A DNA stretch of 64,000 nt from Candidatus Woesearchaeota archaeon (GCA_019322815.1 JAHWIB010000001.1:154-64153), one strand, 5' to 3'. Shown: positions 1-10,073, numbered from the stretch's first letter. Translations and numbers: made by a program. Notes: generated by a model not told the origin, from the letters alone.

Positions 1-107
1 ATTGGGTTTTTTCATATCTTACCCTTCATCCAAAATTTTTAAGTTTTTGGATTGCGATATCAAATCAGTTAAAACCGATTTGAATTGTTTGTCTGGATTT
101 TATAAAA

Positions 108-296
108 TGGACTCGTCGGGAAATTCACAAAGGTCACGCGAACGACTAGTGAGCTCGTGTGGCTTCACGCCGCACTTTGCGTGTCAACCGAGCGTAACCA
201 GTTGTTTTGAACCCGAGGCCCCCGCCTTAATTGGAACAAACAAATCAATGCTTGTTCTTGCAAGGGCGATGCTCTACCAGACTGAGCTACGAGCCC
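108..296 (-). tRNA. tRNA-Ala(UGC) with two introns, located in the 16S-23S spacer
   Basis: The minus strand reads GGGCTCG-TA-GCTCAGTCTGGTAGAGC-A-TCGCC-CTTGCA[31-nt insert]A-GGCGG-GGGCC-TCGGG-TTCAAAA[about 85-nt insert]CCCGA-CGAGTCC-A. The acceptor has 7 bp including the G3:U70 Ala identity pair. The anticodon stem TCGCC/GGCGG and T stem TCGGG/CCCGA only pair if the two inserts are removed. Position in the spacer matches archaeal operon layout. Confidence 0.6.
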
Positions 297-340
297 ATAT
301 ATCATTTTTGATAAAATGATTATAAAAAATGAGTAAATTT

Positions 341-1973
<1,633 letters not shown>

Positions 1974-2002
1974 AAATTGGTCGCATGAATCTTAAAAGTC
2001 AA

Positions 2003-2030
2003 CTTACTCATTTATACTTAATACTCTATT
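2003..2030 (-). promoter_or_regulatory. Putative TATA-box promoter for the 16S-led rRNA operon
   Basis: On the minus strand, TATTAAGTATAAATGAG sits about 35-55 nt upstream of the 16S 5' end, within an AT-rich leader containing several TATA-like elements. Confidence 0.2.
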
Positions 2031-2417
2031 AAGTACTCATAATTTGGTTTATGTTTGCCATCTATATGTTGCTTAGAATTTGGATATCTAATATATAGAT
2101 TAATTGGTGGCGATAGTGTTTTTGAAATCATCAGCTTATATATAAATGTTACGCTGATAATCTTGTTTTTAGAATTCGAAGATATAATCTTCTGCTATAC
2201 CTCTCAAATATAGTAGTAATATAGAAAAAATGACCATTTATAAAGCTTTTGTTTTTGATATTATTTATTTCTTAGCCCTTAATCTCTTTTCTTTCTTCAT
2301 TCTCTTGCGCTGCCATTTCCAGCGCATTTGACCTTTCTTTTTCCATCTTCTTGAACTTCTTTTCATTTAATTCTTCAGGAAATTTTTTCCTTACTTTACC
2401 TCCATTACAATTAATAA

Positions 2418-2566
2418 TGCCCCCAGCGGGACTTTCGTAACCGATTGCTGAAACCAGTTGATTCGAACCCACGTCCCAGCCTGTTTTCGATGAAATCGCA
2501 AAACTTAAAATCCGCGATTTTCAGCACGAAAAGGCTGGATGATTGGCCGGACTACACCATGGGGGC
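2418..2566 (-). tRNA. tRNA-Glu(UUC) with two introns (anticodon loop about 44 nt; T-loop about 30 nt)
   Basis: The minus strand reads GCCCCCA-TG-GTGTAGTCCGGCCAATCAT-C-CAGCC-TTTTCG[intron]A-GGCTG-GGAC-GTGGG-TTCGAAT[intron]CCCGC-TGGGGGC-A. The 7-bp acceptor, the T stem (GTGGG/CCCGC) and the anticodon stem (CAGCC/GGCTG) pair perfectly only after removing the two inserts. Confidence 0.6.
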
Positions 2567-2568
2567 AA

Positions 2569-2669
2569 TGAGCCTGCGGGGATTTGAACCCCAGACCTTC
2601 GCCTCACTTAGTTGCGTAGAGCGCAGTCATATAAGAGCGACGCTCTAAACCAGGCTGAGCTACAGGCTC
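2569..2669 (-). tRNA. tRNA with a 25-nt anticodon-loop intron; anticodon reads UAU (Ile)
   Basis: The minus strand reads GAGCCTG-TA-GCTC-AGCCTGGTTTA-GAGC-G-TCGCT-CTTATA[TGACTGCGCTCTACGCAACTAAGTG]A-GGCGA-AGGTC-TGGGG-TTCAAAT-CCCCG-CAGGCTC-A. It lies 2 nt upstream of tRNA-Glu in a tandem arrangement. Confidence 0.55.
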
Positions 2670-2724
2670 AGTATATTGTTTATATTAAAAACTTGCGGTT
2701 TCTATTTAAAGTTTTCTAGGAATA

Positions 2725-2796
2725 TGCGGTAGCTGGGATTTGAACCCAGGTCGCAACGTTGGCAACGTCGCATACTAACCACTATACTACTACCGC
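2725..2796 (-). tRNA. tRNA-Gly(GCC), intron-less
   Basis: The minus strand reads GCGGTAG-TA-GTAT-AGTGGTTA-GTAT-G-CGACG-TTGCCAA-CGTTG-CGAC-CTGGG-TTCAAAT-CCCAG-CTACCGC-A. This is a canonical cloverleaf. Confidence 0.85.
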
Positions 2797-2797
2797 A

Positions 2798-3286
2798 TTA
2801 ACCAAAATAACTTCCCTTATCACTAGGCATGTCACTTTGCCAGCTCTCAAGATTTATGTTTGCCAGCTCTAGTATCATCTTTTTGATCTTTTTCCATTCT
2901 GTAAAATATTTTTTAATAAACTCAGCGTCTTTCTGTTCATAATTTTCCAAGTCTAATTTTGTAGACAGCCTGTTTATGAACATTATTTCCTTTATTAATT
3001 TGGTTACTTTATTCTTTTGCTCTTCATTAAATGCTTCAGATTCTCTTACTAATATAGCTGATTGGGGATTTGGCATAATAAAATTATGCAGATAATTTAT
3101 CCACCCATAAAACAAGCTGACCATAAGCCTTCTAGTATATCTAAGAGGGAAGGAAGGAGATAAATTTTTTTCTTTGATAATATCATATATCTCAAACTGG
3201 TCATTTAGCTCTTTTATACTAGGAAGATCATACTTAGATTTCAATTTATTATATTTATCCTCAAATTTGTTAATGTTAGTTTCCAT
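2798..3286 (-). CDS. Hypothetical protein (162 aa)
   Basis: A clean ORF starts immediately downstream of tRNA-Val. No recognisable motifs were found. Confidence 0.45.
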   Translation of the reverse strand: METNINKFEDKYNKLKSKYDLPSIKELNDQFEIYDIIKEKNLSPSFPLRYTRRLMVSLFYGWINYLHNFIMPNPQSAILVRESEAFNEEQKNKVTKLIKEIMFINRLSTKLDLENYEQKDAEFIKKYFTEWKKIKKMILELANINLESWQSDMPSDKGSYFG

Positions 3287-3296
3287 TTTAAAATAA

Positions 3297-3511
3297 TGGT
3301 GGGCCCACCCGGACTTTCGAAATTATTTTTCGAACCGGGGACCCTCACCTCTCTAACCTTTTTGCTTGCGAAGCAAGCCTGAGGTTTGCGCCCTAAGGGA
3401 AGCAAACCGCATTTTCCCAGGTTTTTTGCGTAAGCAAAAAAGCTGTAAGGGTGATGTCATAGCTTCTAGCCGCGAGCGATTTTGCATCGCAGGTCGCTAG
3501 ACCATGGGCCC
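3297..3511 (-). tRNA. tRNA-Val(UAC) with three insertions (D-loop about 30 nt, anticodon-loop about 98 nt, T-loop 15 nt) and an encoded CCA
   Basis: The minus strand reads GGGCCCA-TG-GTCTAGC[insert]GCTATGAC-A-TCACC-CTTACA[98-nt intron]A-GGTGA-GGGTC-CCCGG-TTCGAAA[AATAATTTCGAAAGT]CCGGG-TGGGCCC-A-CCA. The archaeal tRNA-Val hallmark GTGGTCTAG...TATGAC D-arm is present. The anticodon stem TCACC/GGTGA is a perfect pair. The element is a GC-rich island in AT-rich DNA. Confidence 0.55.
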
Positions 3512-3605
3512 TTAATAAGAATAAATTTAAGTGATAATATTTAAAGCTTTTGAGAAAAGAACCAATTTAAAAAAATATATAAATCAACAAATATAATTTA
3601 TTAAT

Positions 3606-4397
3606 ATGGAAGAAATCCAGGTAAACACAAAAAACACAGATCTTCATGATCAGGTATTTGAAATAATTTTTGATAAAGAAGACGTTACTTGGCAGTCTAT
3701 GCTCTATGAGCTTGTAAGGACAGAAAATATGGATCCTTGGGATATCAATGTCAGTCAGCTTGCCCAGAGATTTCTTGATATGCTTAAGACTTTAAAAGAG
3801 ATGGATTTTAGGGTATCTGGGAAAATTATTCTTGCAGCTGCAATACTTTTAAAATTAAAATCAACAAGGCTTGTTGGAGAAGATATCTCAAATCTTGACA
3901 GGCTGTTTTCTCAGGCCGGAGAAGAAGAGGAAGGCCTTCTTGATGAATTGTATGATGCTCCAGTTCAAAAACAAGATCCTGAAAACTTCACTTTGATTCC
4001 AAGAACACCCCAGCCAAGAAAAAGAAAGGTTTCTATTTTTGATTTAGTCGGCGCTTTACAAAAAGCAATGGAAGTTAAAAAAAGGAGAGTAATGAGGGAT
4101 ATTCCAACAATCAAAGTAGAGATTCCAGAGAAAAAAGTAGATATTTCAGAGGTTATTAAGTCAATGTACGGAAGAATAAAAAATTTTTTTGTACAGCATC
4201 AAAATACAAAATTAACATTTACAAAATTAATCCCTTCTGGAAGCAAGCAGGACAAGGTTTTCACATTCATTCCTTTGCTGCATTTGACAAACCAAAGAAA
4301 GATAGATATATTCCAATACCAACATTTTGGTGAAATAGAAGTTCAATTATTAAAGAATACTCTTATCAAGGATATTAATAAAGAATTGCCTTCTTAA
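3606..4397 (+). CDS. scpA: Segregation and condensation protein A (ScpA, kleisin)
   Basis: The 263-aa protein has an N-terminal ScpA-like motif (FEIIFDKEDVTWQSMLYELV...MDPWDINVSQLAQRFLDML..ILAAAILLKLKS). Size is typical for ScpA. Confidence 0.55.
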   Translation: MEEIQVNTKNTDLHDQVFEIIFDKEDVTWQSMLYELVRTENMDPWDINVSQLAQRFLDMLKTLKEMDFRVSGKIILAAAILLKLKSTRLVGEDISNLDRLFSQAGEEEEGLLDELYDAPVQKQDPENFTLIPRTPQPRKRKVSIFDLVGALQKAMEVKKRRVMRDIPTIKVEIPEKKVDISEVIKSMYGRIKNFFVQHQNTKLTFTKLIPSGSKQDKVFTFIPLLHLTNQRKIDIFQYQHFGEIEVQLLKNTLIKDINKELPS

Positions 4398-4440
4398 ATC
4401 TACAAAACCTTTTTAAATATAACTTATATTTTCTATTGAA

Positions 4441-4620
4441 ATGGCAGCCGAACTAAAAAAAGAGGAAAAAGAAGCTTTAAAATATTTGATAAAGCAGGAA
4501 TTAAAACGCTTTAAAGAGCAGGAAAAAGGCATAAAAGAACTAAGGCCTGAGTTGCCGTTCTTAGCAGTTGAAGAAAACTATGAAGTTTTGCTTGAAAAAT
4601 TATTAAAAAAATTAAAATGA
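4441..4620 (+). CDS. Small hypothetical protein (59 aa), translationally coupled to pfdA (ATGA overlap)
   Basis: The ORF MAAELKKEEKEALKYLIKQELKRFKEQEKGIKELRPELPFLAVEENYEVLLEKLLKKLK is absent from the ORF track (below 60 aa). Its stop codon overlaps the pfdA start codon. Confidence 0.3.
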   Translation: MAAELKKEEKEALKYLIKQELKRFKEQEKGIKELRPELPFLAVEENYEVLLEKLLKKLK

Positions 4621-5024
4621 AAGATAAGAAACAGCTTCAGGAAAAGTATATGCAAATGCAGATGATAGAACAACAGATGCAGCAGGTTCAGAAACAGCTT
4701 AAGCTCTTAGAAAGCCAGATGCAGGAATTAAACCTGACAGAACAAGCTCTTGATGACATTAAAACTACAAAAATTGGAACAGAGATTTTAGTTCCGATGG
4801 CATCAGGAATATTTGTTAAAGCAGAGCTGAAAGATAATAAGGAGCTTGCTGTAAATGTTGGTGCAAACACTGTTGTTAAAAAAAATATTGATGAAGCAAA
4901 AAAATTGATTACTGACCAGCTGGAAGAAATAACTAATATGCAGCAGGAACTGAATATTAATCTTGAAAAGCTTTCATTATCTGCCCAATCATTAGAAAAA
5001 GAACTTACAAAATTAATTCAATAA
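4617..5024 (+). CDS. pfdA: Prefoldin alpha subunit
   Basis: A coiled-coil protein with two beta-hairpin segments (ILVPMASGIFVKAEL; LAVNVGANTVVKKNIDEA). It lies immediately upstream of ftsY, the conserved archaeal pfdA-ftsY pair. Confidence 0.7.
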   Translation: MKDKKQLQEKYMQMQMIEQQMQQVQKQLKLLESQMQELNLTEQALDDIKTTKIGTEILVPMASGIFVKAELKDNKELAVNVGANTVVKKNIDEAKKLITDQLEEITNMQQELNINLEKLSLSAQSLEKELTKLIQ

Positions 5025-5026
5025 AA

Positions 5027-6370
5027 ATGTTTAATTTCTTAAAGAAAAAATTAAAATCTGTTGTTTCATCATTTTCTAAAAAAATAGATGAACAAGGAAA
5101 AGAAGAAAAAAAAGAAATTCTAGAAGAGCCAGAAAAAAAACCAACAGCAGAAGAGCTTTTAGAAGAGTCCAAAGAAAGACCAGTAGAAAAAATAGTCAGG
5201 GAAGCTGAAGAAGAAAAAGAATTAAAAGAAGAGATTGAAGATATAAAAAAAGAAATAGAAGTAGAAAAAGAAAAACCAAAATCAGAAGAAATTAAGGAAA
5301 TAAAAAAGGAAATAAAAGAAATAAAAGAAAAAGTAAAAGAGGTAGAAAAAGAAAGAAAAGAGCCTATAGAAGAAAAATCTGCTGAATTTCCCAAGGAAGA
5401 AGAAACACCTAAAGAAGAGCCAAAGATAATAGAAAAGAAAGAATCTGAAATTCCTAAAGAGGAAAAAAAGCCTGGAGAAATAAAACCAGAAGAGAAAAAA
5501 GGATTCTTTGCAAAACTAAAACAAAAAGTAGTTACTAAAAAAATAGATGAAAAACAGTTTGATGATTTATTTTGGGATTTAGAATTAGCTTTATTAGAAA
5601 ACAATGTTGCAGTAGAGGTAATTGAAAAAATAAAACAGGATTTGAAGCAAAATCTTGTAGACAAGCCAATTTCCAGAACAAAAATAACAAAAACAATAAC
5701 TGATTCATTAAATCAGACAATAGAAGGATTGTTTGATATAGACCAAATTGATTTATTAGAAAAAGCAAAACAAAAAAAACCTTTAGTAATATGCTTTGTT
5801 GGAATTAATGGATCAGGAAAAACAACAACAATTGCAAAAATCGCTAAATTCTTTGAAAAAAATAAAATGTCCTGCGTTTTAGCTGCCTCAGATACATTTA
5901 GGGCAGCTGCAATTGATCAGCTGCAAAAACATGCAGATAATCTTGGAATAAAATTAATCAAACATGATTATGGAAGCGATGCAGCAGCAGTCGCATTTGA
6001 TGCAATAAAACATGCACAAGCAAAAAATATTGATGCTGTTCTTATTGATACAGCAGGAAGAATACATTCAAATGTTAATTTGATGGATGAGATGAAAAAA
6101 ATAATCAGAGTTGCAAAACCTGATTTAAAGATATTTGTAGGAGAGAGCATAACAGGAAATGACTGCACTGAACAGGCAAATAAATTCAATGAAGCAGTTG
6201 GTATTGATGGCATTATTCTTTCAAAAGCAGATATCGATGAAAAAGGAGGAGCAGCAATTTCAGTAAGTCATGTAACAGGCAAGCCAATCTTGTTTTTAGG
6301 TGTTGGCCAGGGATATGAGGACTTGAAAGAGTTTGATAAAAGGATAATTTTAAATAATATAGGATTATAA
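5027..6370 (+). CDS. ftsY: Signal recognition particle receptor FtsY
   Basis: SRP GTPase motifs are present (VICFVGINGSGKTTTIAKIAK, DTAGR, SKADIDEKGG). The N-terminal extension is Lys/Glu-rich low complexity. Confidence 0.9.
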   Translation: MFNFLKKKLKSVVSSFSKKIDEQGKEEKKEILEEPEKKPTAEELLEESKERPVEKIVREAEEEKELKEEIEDIKKEIEVEKEKPKSEEIKEIKKEIKEIKEKVKEVEKERKEPIEEKSAEFPKEEETPKEEPKIIEKKESEIPKEEKKPGEIKPEEKKGFFAKLKQKVVTKKIDEKQFDDLFWDLELALLENNVAVEVIEKIKQDLKQNLVDKPISRTKITKTITDSLNQTIEGLFDIDQIDLLEKAKQKKPLVICFVGINGSGKTTTIAKIAKFFEKNKMSCVLAASDTFRAAAIDQLQKHADNLGIKLIKHDYGSDAAAVAFDAIKHAQAKNIDAVLIDTAGRIHSNVNLMDEMKKIIRVAKPDLKIFVGESITGNDCTEQANKFNEAVGIDGIILSKADIDEKGGAAISVSHVTGKPILFLGVGQGYEDLKEFDKRIILNNIGL

Positions 6371-6393
6371 ACATAAAAAAGGAGGCTGATATA

Positions 6394-6696
6394 ATGGCAA
6401 AAGAAGATCAATCAAAGATAGTTGCAATAGTGAGCTATATAACCTTAATTGGGTGGATAATTGCTCTTATTATGAACCAGAGCAAAAAAACAGAGCTAGG
6501 AAGCTTTCATATAAGACAGGCTTTGTTGATTTATATAGTGTGGTTTATTTTTTGGTGGATCCCTGTTATAGGATGGATTCTAAATATAGTAGTATTTGTT
6601 TTTTGGATAATGGGCTTGGTTTATGCAGCTCAAGGCCAGAAAAAAGAAGTTCCACTTTTAGGTCCATTGGCTCAAAAATGGTTTAAAGCATTATAA
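6394..6696 (+). CDS. Small integral membrane protein (DUF4870-like)
   Basis: Two TM helices. The motif IVAIVSYITLIGWIIALIM...FHIRQALLIY resembles the DUF4870 family. A Shine-Dalgarno sequence AGGAGG lies upstream. Confidence 0.45.
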   Translation: MAKEDQSKIVAIVSYITLIGWIIALIMNQSKKTELGSFHIRQALLIYIVWFIFWWIPVIGWILNIVVFVFWIMGLVYAAQGQKKEVPLLGPLAQKWFKAL

Positions 6697-6748
6697 ATCA
6701 TTTTATTTTTTTATTTTAATTAAAAGGGATTATAGGAGATGATAAAAA

Positions 6749-7228
6749 ATGGAAAATATATATGAACAAAATTTTGATGTTAAAAAAATTTCTGCAGAAA
6801 ATAAAAAGAAGTATATGAAGCACAGCCTTACAACATTCCCGCCTGCTGCCAGTATAATTCTGCATATCATAACAATGGGAATCTTTACTATGATATATTA
6901 CGGATTAAAGCATGGGCAGCTTCCAAAGATAAAAGATGATGATTTTGGAGCTGGCAAAGCAATCGGATTCTTGTTTATACCTTTCTTTAACTTTTATTGG
7001 ATATTCAGATTCTGGATAGGATTGATTGACAGAGTAAATCTTCAATTAAAATTAAGAAATATGGAGGTAGTCCCAAGGGGATTAGCAATAACAATTCCGA
7101 TATTGGTTGTAACAAGCATTATACCTTTTATTGGATATTTGACAACAATTGCGAATTATTTTATAGTAACACCGATAACATTGGCTTTATTGCAGTCTTC
7201 AATAAATAAATTAGCAGGAGGCAAATAA
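6749..7228 (+). CDS. Integral membrane protein (DUF4234-like)
   Basis: Multiple hydrophobic segments. No catalytic motifs were found. Confidence 0.4.
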   Translation: MENIYEQNFDVKKISAENKKKYMKHSLTTFPPAASIILHIITMGIFTMIYYGLKHGQLPKIKDDDFGAGKAIGFLFIPFFNFYWIFRFWIGLIDRVNLQLKLRNMEVVPRGLAITIPILVVTSIIPFIGYLTTIANYFIVTPITLALLQSSINKLAGGK

Positions 7229-7229
7229 A

Positions 7230-7487
7230 ATGGCTGAAAAAAAAGGACTGGCAATTGCATCTTTAGTTTGCGGATTGTTGTTTTGGTTCAGCATCCCAGG
7301 TTTTATCTGCAGTGTACTAGCAATTATTTTTGGTGTAATGCAGTTGAATAAGATTAAGAAAAAACCAAAGGAATTTGGCGGAAAAGGAATGGCAATTGCA
7401 GGACTAGTATTAGGGATTGTAGGAATAATCTTTTGGTTATTAACATTAATCTTGTCTGCAGTTTTCTTTACAAGACTTGCCTATTAA
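7230..7487 (+). CDS. Small membrane protein (DUF4190-like)
   Basis: Two TM helices with a DUF4190-like pattern (GLAIASLVCGLL...GMAIAGLVLGIVGII). Confidence 0.4.
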   Translation: MAEKKGLAIASLVCGLLFWFSIPGFICSVLAIIFGVMQLNKIKKKPKEFGGKGMAIAGLVLGIVGIIFWLLTLILSAVFFTRLAY

Positions 7488-7500
7488 TTTTTTTATTTTT

Positions 7501-8160
7501 TTAAAATTCTATTTTTCCTTCATAAAATATTCCTTTCTTAAGCTCAACAGGTCTCCAATCATCTATAACTAGATTAGCATCTAACCATTCTGACAGTTCT
7601 TCTGGATTTCCGATAGTTGCAGATAATGCAATAACCTGAACTTCTTTTAATAATTCTCTTAACATTGTTATCAAGATTTCTAATGTAGGGCCTCTTCCAG
7701 GATCATTCATCAAATGGACTTCATCTACAATTACTGTTGCAACTTTGTTTAACCAAGGAGCATGATGCCTTATCAATGAATCCAGCTTTTCTGCTGTGCA
7801 AACAATCAGATCATAGCTTTCTAGATAAGAATCAGCGCTGTCCAAATCTCCAATAGACAAAACAATTCTTAAATAAGTTCCATATCTTTTTTTGAAATCC
7901 TTGAATTTTTCATTTGCCAGTGCCTTTAGTGGAACAATATATATTGCCTTTCCTCTGTTTTCTAAAATAGATTTGACCATTCCTAATTCTGCAATTAATG
8001 TCTTTCCAGAAGCAGTTGGAGTGCATACAAGCAAATTTTTTCTATCAAGAAGCCCGGCTTTGATTGATTTTTCTTGTGATGGCCTGAATTCTTCAATGTC
8101 TGGAAGTAAAGAGTTGTACAAATTCTTAGGAATTTTGTCTTTTATATCATCTAGTTTCAT
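7501..8160 (-). pseudogene. Truncated Ski2/Hel308-like DEAD/DEAH helicase (RecA1 domain only, 219 aa); probable gene remnant
   Basis: Motif I (TPTASGKT), motif II (DEVH) and motif III (SAT) are present, but the ORF ends after the first RecA domain. No RecA2 or C-terminal domains follow, and the downstream space is occupied by converging plus-strand membrane genes. Confidence 0.4.
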
Positions 8161-8500
8161 TTTCTAAAATTTCAAAAGGTATTCCGCTGTCTCTTGTTTG
8201 TATCAATCTATATAATTCTTCTGCAGCTTCTAAATCTTTTGTGTATATCTCATCATGAAGACTTCCATCACATAAAAACTCTTCTTCACTATCTTCATCT
8301 TCATTACTGTTGTATTCTTTTTCTTCAGCACATAATTGGCAAACATTTATTCTTAGATAATATGATTGAAATATATTCCCAGAAGGAGAGACGAAATGAT
8401 AATCAGATTCATGATATTCTCTGCTTGATCTATAATCTTCTATAACCCACCCTTCATCTTCAAAAGTTTTAATCTTTGATTCTATTTCAGAAATCTCCAT
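8147..8500 (-). CDS. Hypothetical acidic protein (117 aa)
   Basis: ORF only. It overlaps the helicase-fragment start by 14 nt. Confidence 0.3.
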   Translation of the reverse strand: MEISEIESKIKTFEDEGWVIEDYRSSREYHESDYHFVSPSGNIFQSYYLRINVCQLCAEEKEYNSNEDEDSEEEFLCDGSLHDEIYTKDLEAAEELYRLIQTRDSGIPFEILENETR

Positions 8501-8531
8501 AGACAGTAAGAATTATAATTTCTTTATAAAT

Positions 8532-10073
8532 TTACTTCTTAACCAAACTCTTCCCACTCATCTCTTTTGGTTTTTTTATTCCAAATAAATCAAGAACAGT
8601 AGGGGCAATATCGCTTAATCCTCCTTTATTTCTTAATTTTACTTTTTTGCCTTTACTTGAAACTAAAATAAAAGGGACTTTATTTCTTGTATGTGATGTT
8701 CTCCACATGGGTGTCTGATCCTCAATATTGCCGTGATCTGCAAAGACCAATGCAGTTCCATCTTTTTCTAATATTTTATTTGTAATCTTTCCAACACAAT
8801 CATCAACAACATTTACTGCTTTCAAACAGGCTTTGATTACACCTGTATGCCCGACCATATCACCATTAACTAAATTAACAACAATCAAATCAAATCTGTC
8901 CTTATCAATCTCTTTAAGCAGGCTTTTAGTTATTTCATATGCACTCATCTCTGGTTTAAGATCATAAGTAGCCACTTTAGGAGAATGTATTAAAATTCTT
9001 TCTTCATTTTTATATGGTTTTTCAATCTGCCCATTGAAAAAGAAAGTTACATGAGCATATTTTTCTGTTTCACTTATCCTTAATTGCTTTAATCCTTTTT
9101 TACTTATAACTTCTCCTAATAAATTTTTTAAGATTATATCCTTAAATGCAACATTGGCATTCATTGGAATATAATATTGGGTCATAGCAGCAAAATAAAC
9201 ATCTAAAGGTTTGCGTTTCCATCCTAAAATTTTCTTTTCAACAATTGCTTGTGTTAATTGCCTTGGCCTGTCTGTTCTGAAATTGTAAAATATGATTGAA
9301 TCTTTCTTCTTGATTCCTTCATAATCTTTTAATTTTCGTGGAATAATAAATTCATCTGTTTCATTTTTTTTATGACACTCTTTTACCTGCCTAATAATAT
9401 TATTAAACTCATCTGCTTTTCCTTTTACAATGCAATCATAAGCTTTTTTAGTCCTATTCCACCTTTTATCTCTATCCATTGCATAATATCTTCCAGAAAG
9501 AGTTACTATTTTTCCGAATCCAATCTTCTTCAGTTTATTTTGTAATCTTTTTATCTTTGGAATGCTCGCAGTTACAGGAGAATCTCTGCCGTCTGTTATA
9601 ACATGAACATAAATATCTTTGAATTTCTCTTTTTTACATAAATCAAGCAAAGCAAATAAATGATCAATATGTGCATGAACTCCTTCTACCTGCAGTAATC
9701 CAATCAGATGTAATTTAGATTTATTCTTTTTACAATTTTTTATTGCTCTTAAAAAAGTTTTGTTTTTAAAAAAATCTTTATCTCTTATACTTTTATTTAT
9801 TCTTTCAAGGCTCTGGAAAATAATTCTTCCACTGCCAATTGTTAGATGCCCTACTTCACTATTTCCTTGATATCCTTTTGGCAGGCCAACTGCTTCACCA
9901 GAAGCTTCAATAAGAATATTAGGATACTGCCTCATTAATCTATCTGTATTAGGAGTTTTTCCTTGAGCAATAGCATTTTGTTTTCTGCTAGCCCTATAAC
10001 CCCATCCATCTCTTATGATTAATATTATAGGTTTTTTCTTCATCTTAAGAATGTCTAAAATTCTTTCCAGCAA
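8532..10073 (-). CDS. gpmI: 2,3-bisphosphoglycerate-independent phosphoglycerate mutase (iPGM)
   Basis: 513 aa. The N-terminal phosphatase motif (IRDGWGYR...GNSEVGHLTIGSGRI) and length are typical of cofactor-independent PGM. Confidence 0.75.
   Translation of the reverse strand: MLERILDILKMKKKPIILIIRDGWGYRASRKQNAIAQGKTPNTDRLMRQYPNILIEASGEAVGLPKGYQGNSEVGHLTIGSGRIIFQSLERINKSIRDKDFFKNKTFLRAIKNCKKNKSKLHLIGLLQVEGVHAHIDHLFALLDLCKKEKFKDIYVHVITDGRDSPVTASIPKIKRLQNKLKKIGFGKIVTLSGRYYAMDRDKRWNRTKKAYDCIVKGKADEFNNIIRQVKECHKKNETDEFIIPRKLKDYEGIKKKDSIIFYNFRTDRPRQLTQAIVEKKILGWKRKPLDVYFAAMTQYYIPMNANVAFKDIILKNLLGEVISKKGLKQLRISETEKYAHVTFFFNGQIEKPYKNEERILIHSPKVATYDLKPEMSAYEITKSLLKEIDKDRFDLIVVNLVNGDMVGHTGVIKACLKAVNVVDDCVGKITNKILEKDGTALVFADHGNIEDQTPMWRTSHTRNKVPFILVSSKGKKVKLRNKGGLSDIAPTVLDLFGIKKPKEMSGKSLVKK

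Noticed and set aside
2-319. 105-aa ORF on the plus strand at the window start
   Set aside because: It lies antisense over the spacer tRNA-Ala and the 16S-23S spacer. It has no start context and is explained by the RNA genes.
2272-2648. ORFs 2272-2472(-) and 2445-2648(+)
   Set aside because: They overlap the tRNA-Glu and tRNA-Ile genes. The parts outside the tRNAs are too short to support as genes.
3298-3511. RNase P RNA or SRP (7S) RNA identity for the GC-rich structured element next to ftsY
   Set aside because: A GAAAGTCCGGG string resembles RNase P CR-I, but it sits at the 3' end with no complementary P4 partner. No SRP helix-8 GNRA/AGCAG symmetric loop was found. tRNA-Val with introns explains the acceptor, D-arm, anticodon stem, T-arm and the ACCA tail.
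5005-5768. Ser/Phe-rich antisense ORFs 5005-5664(-) and 5535-5768(-)
   Set aside because: They are mirror images of the Lys/Glu-rich low-complexity N-terminus of FtsY, a typical antisense artefact.
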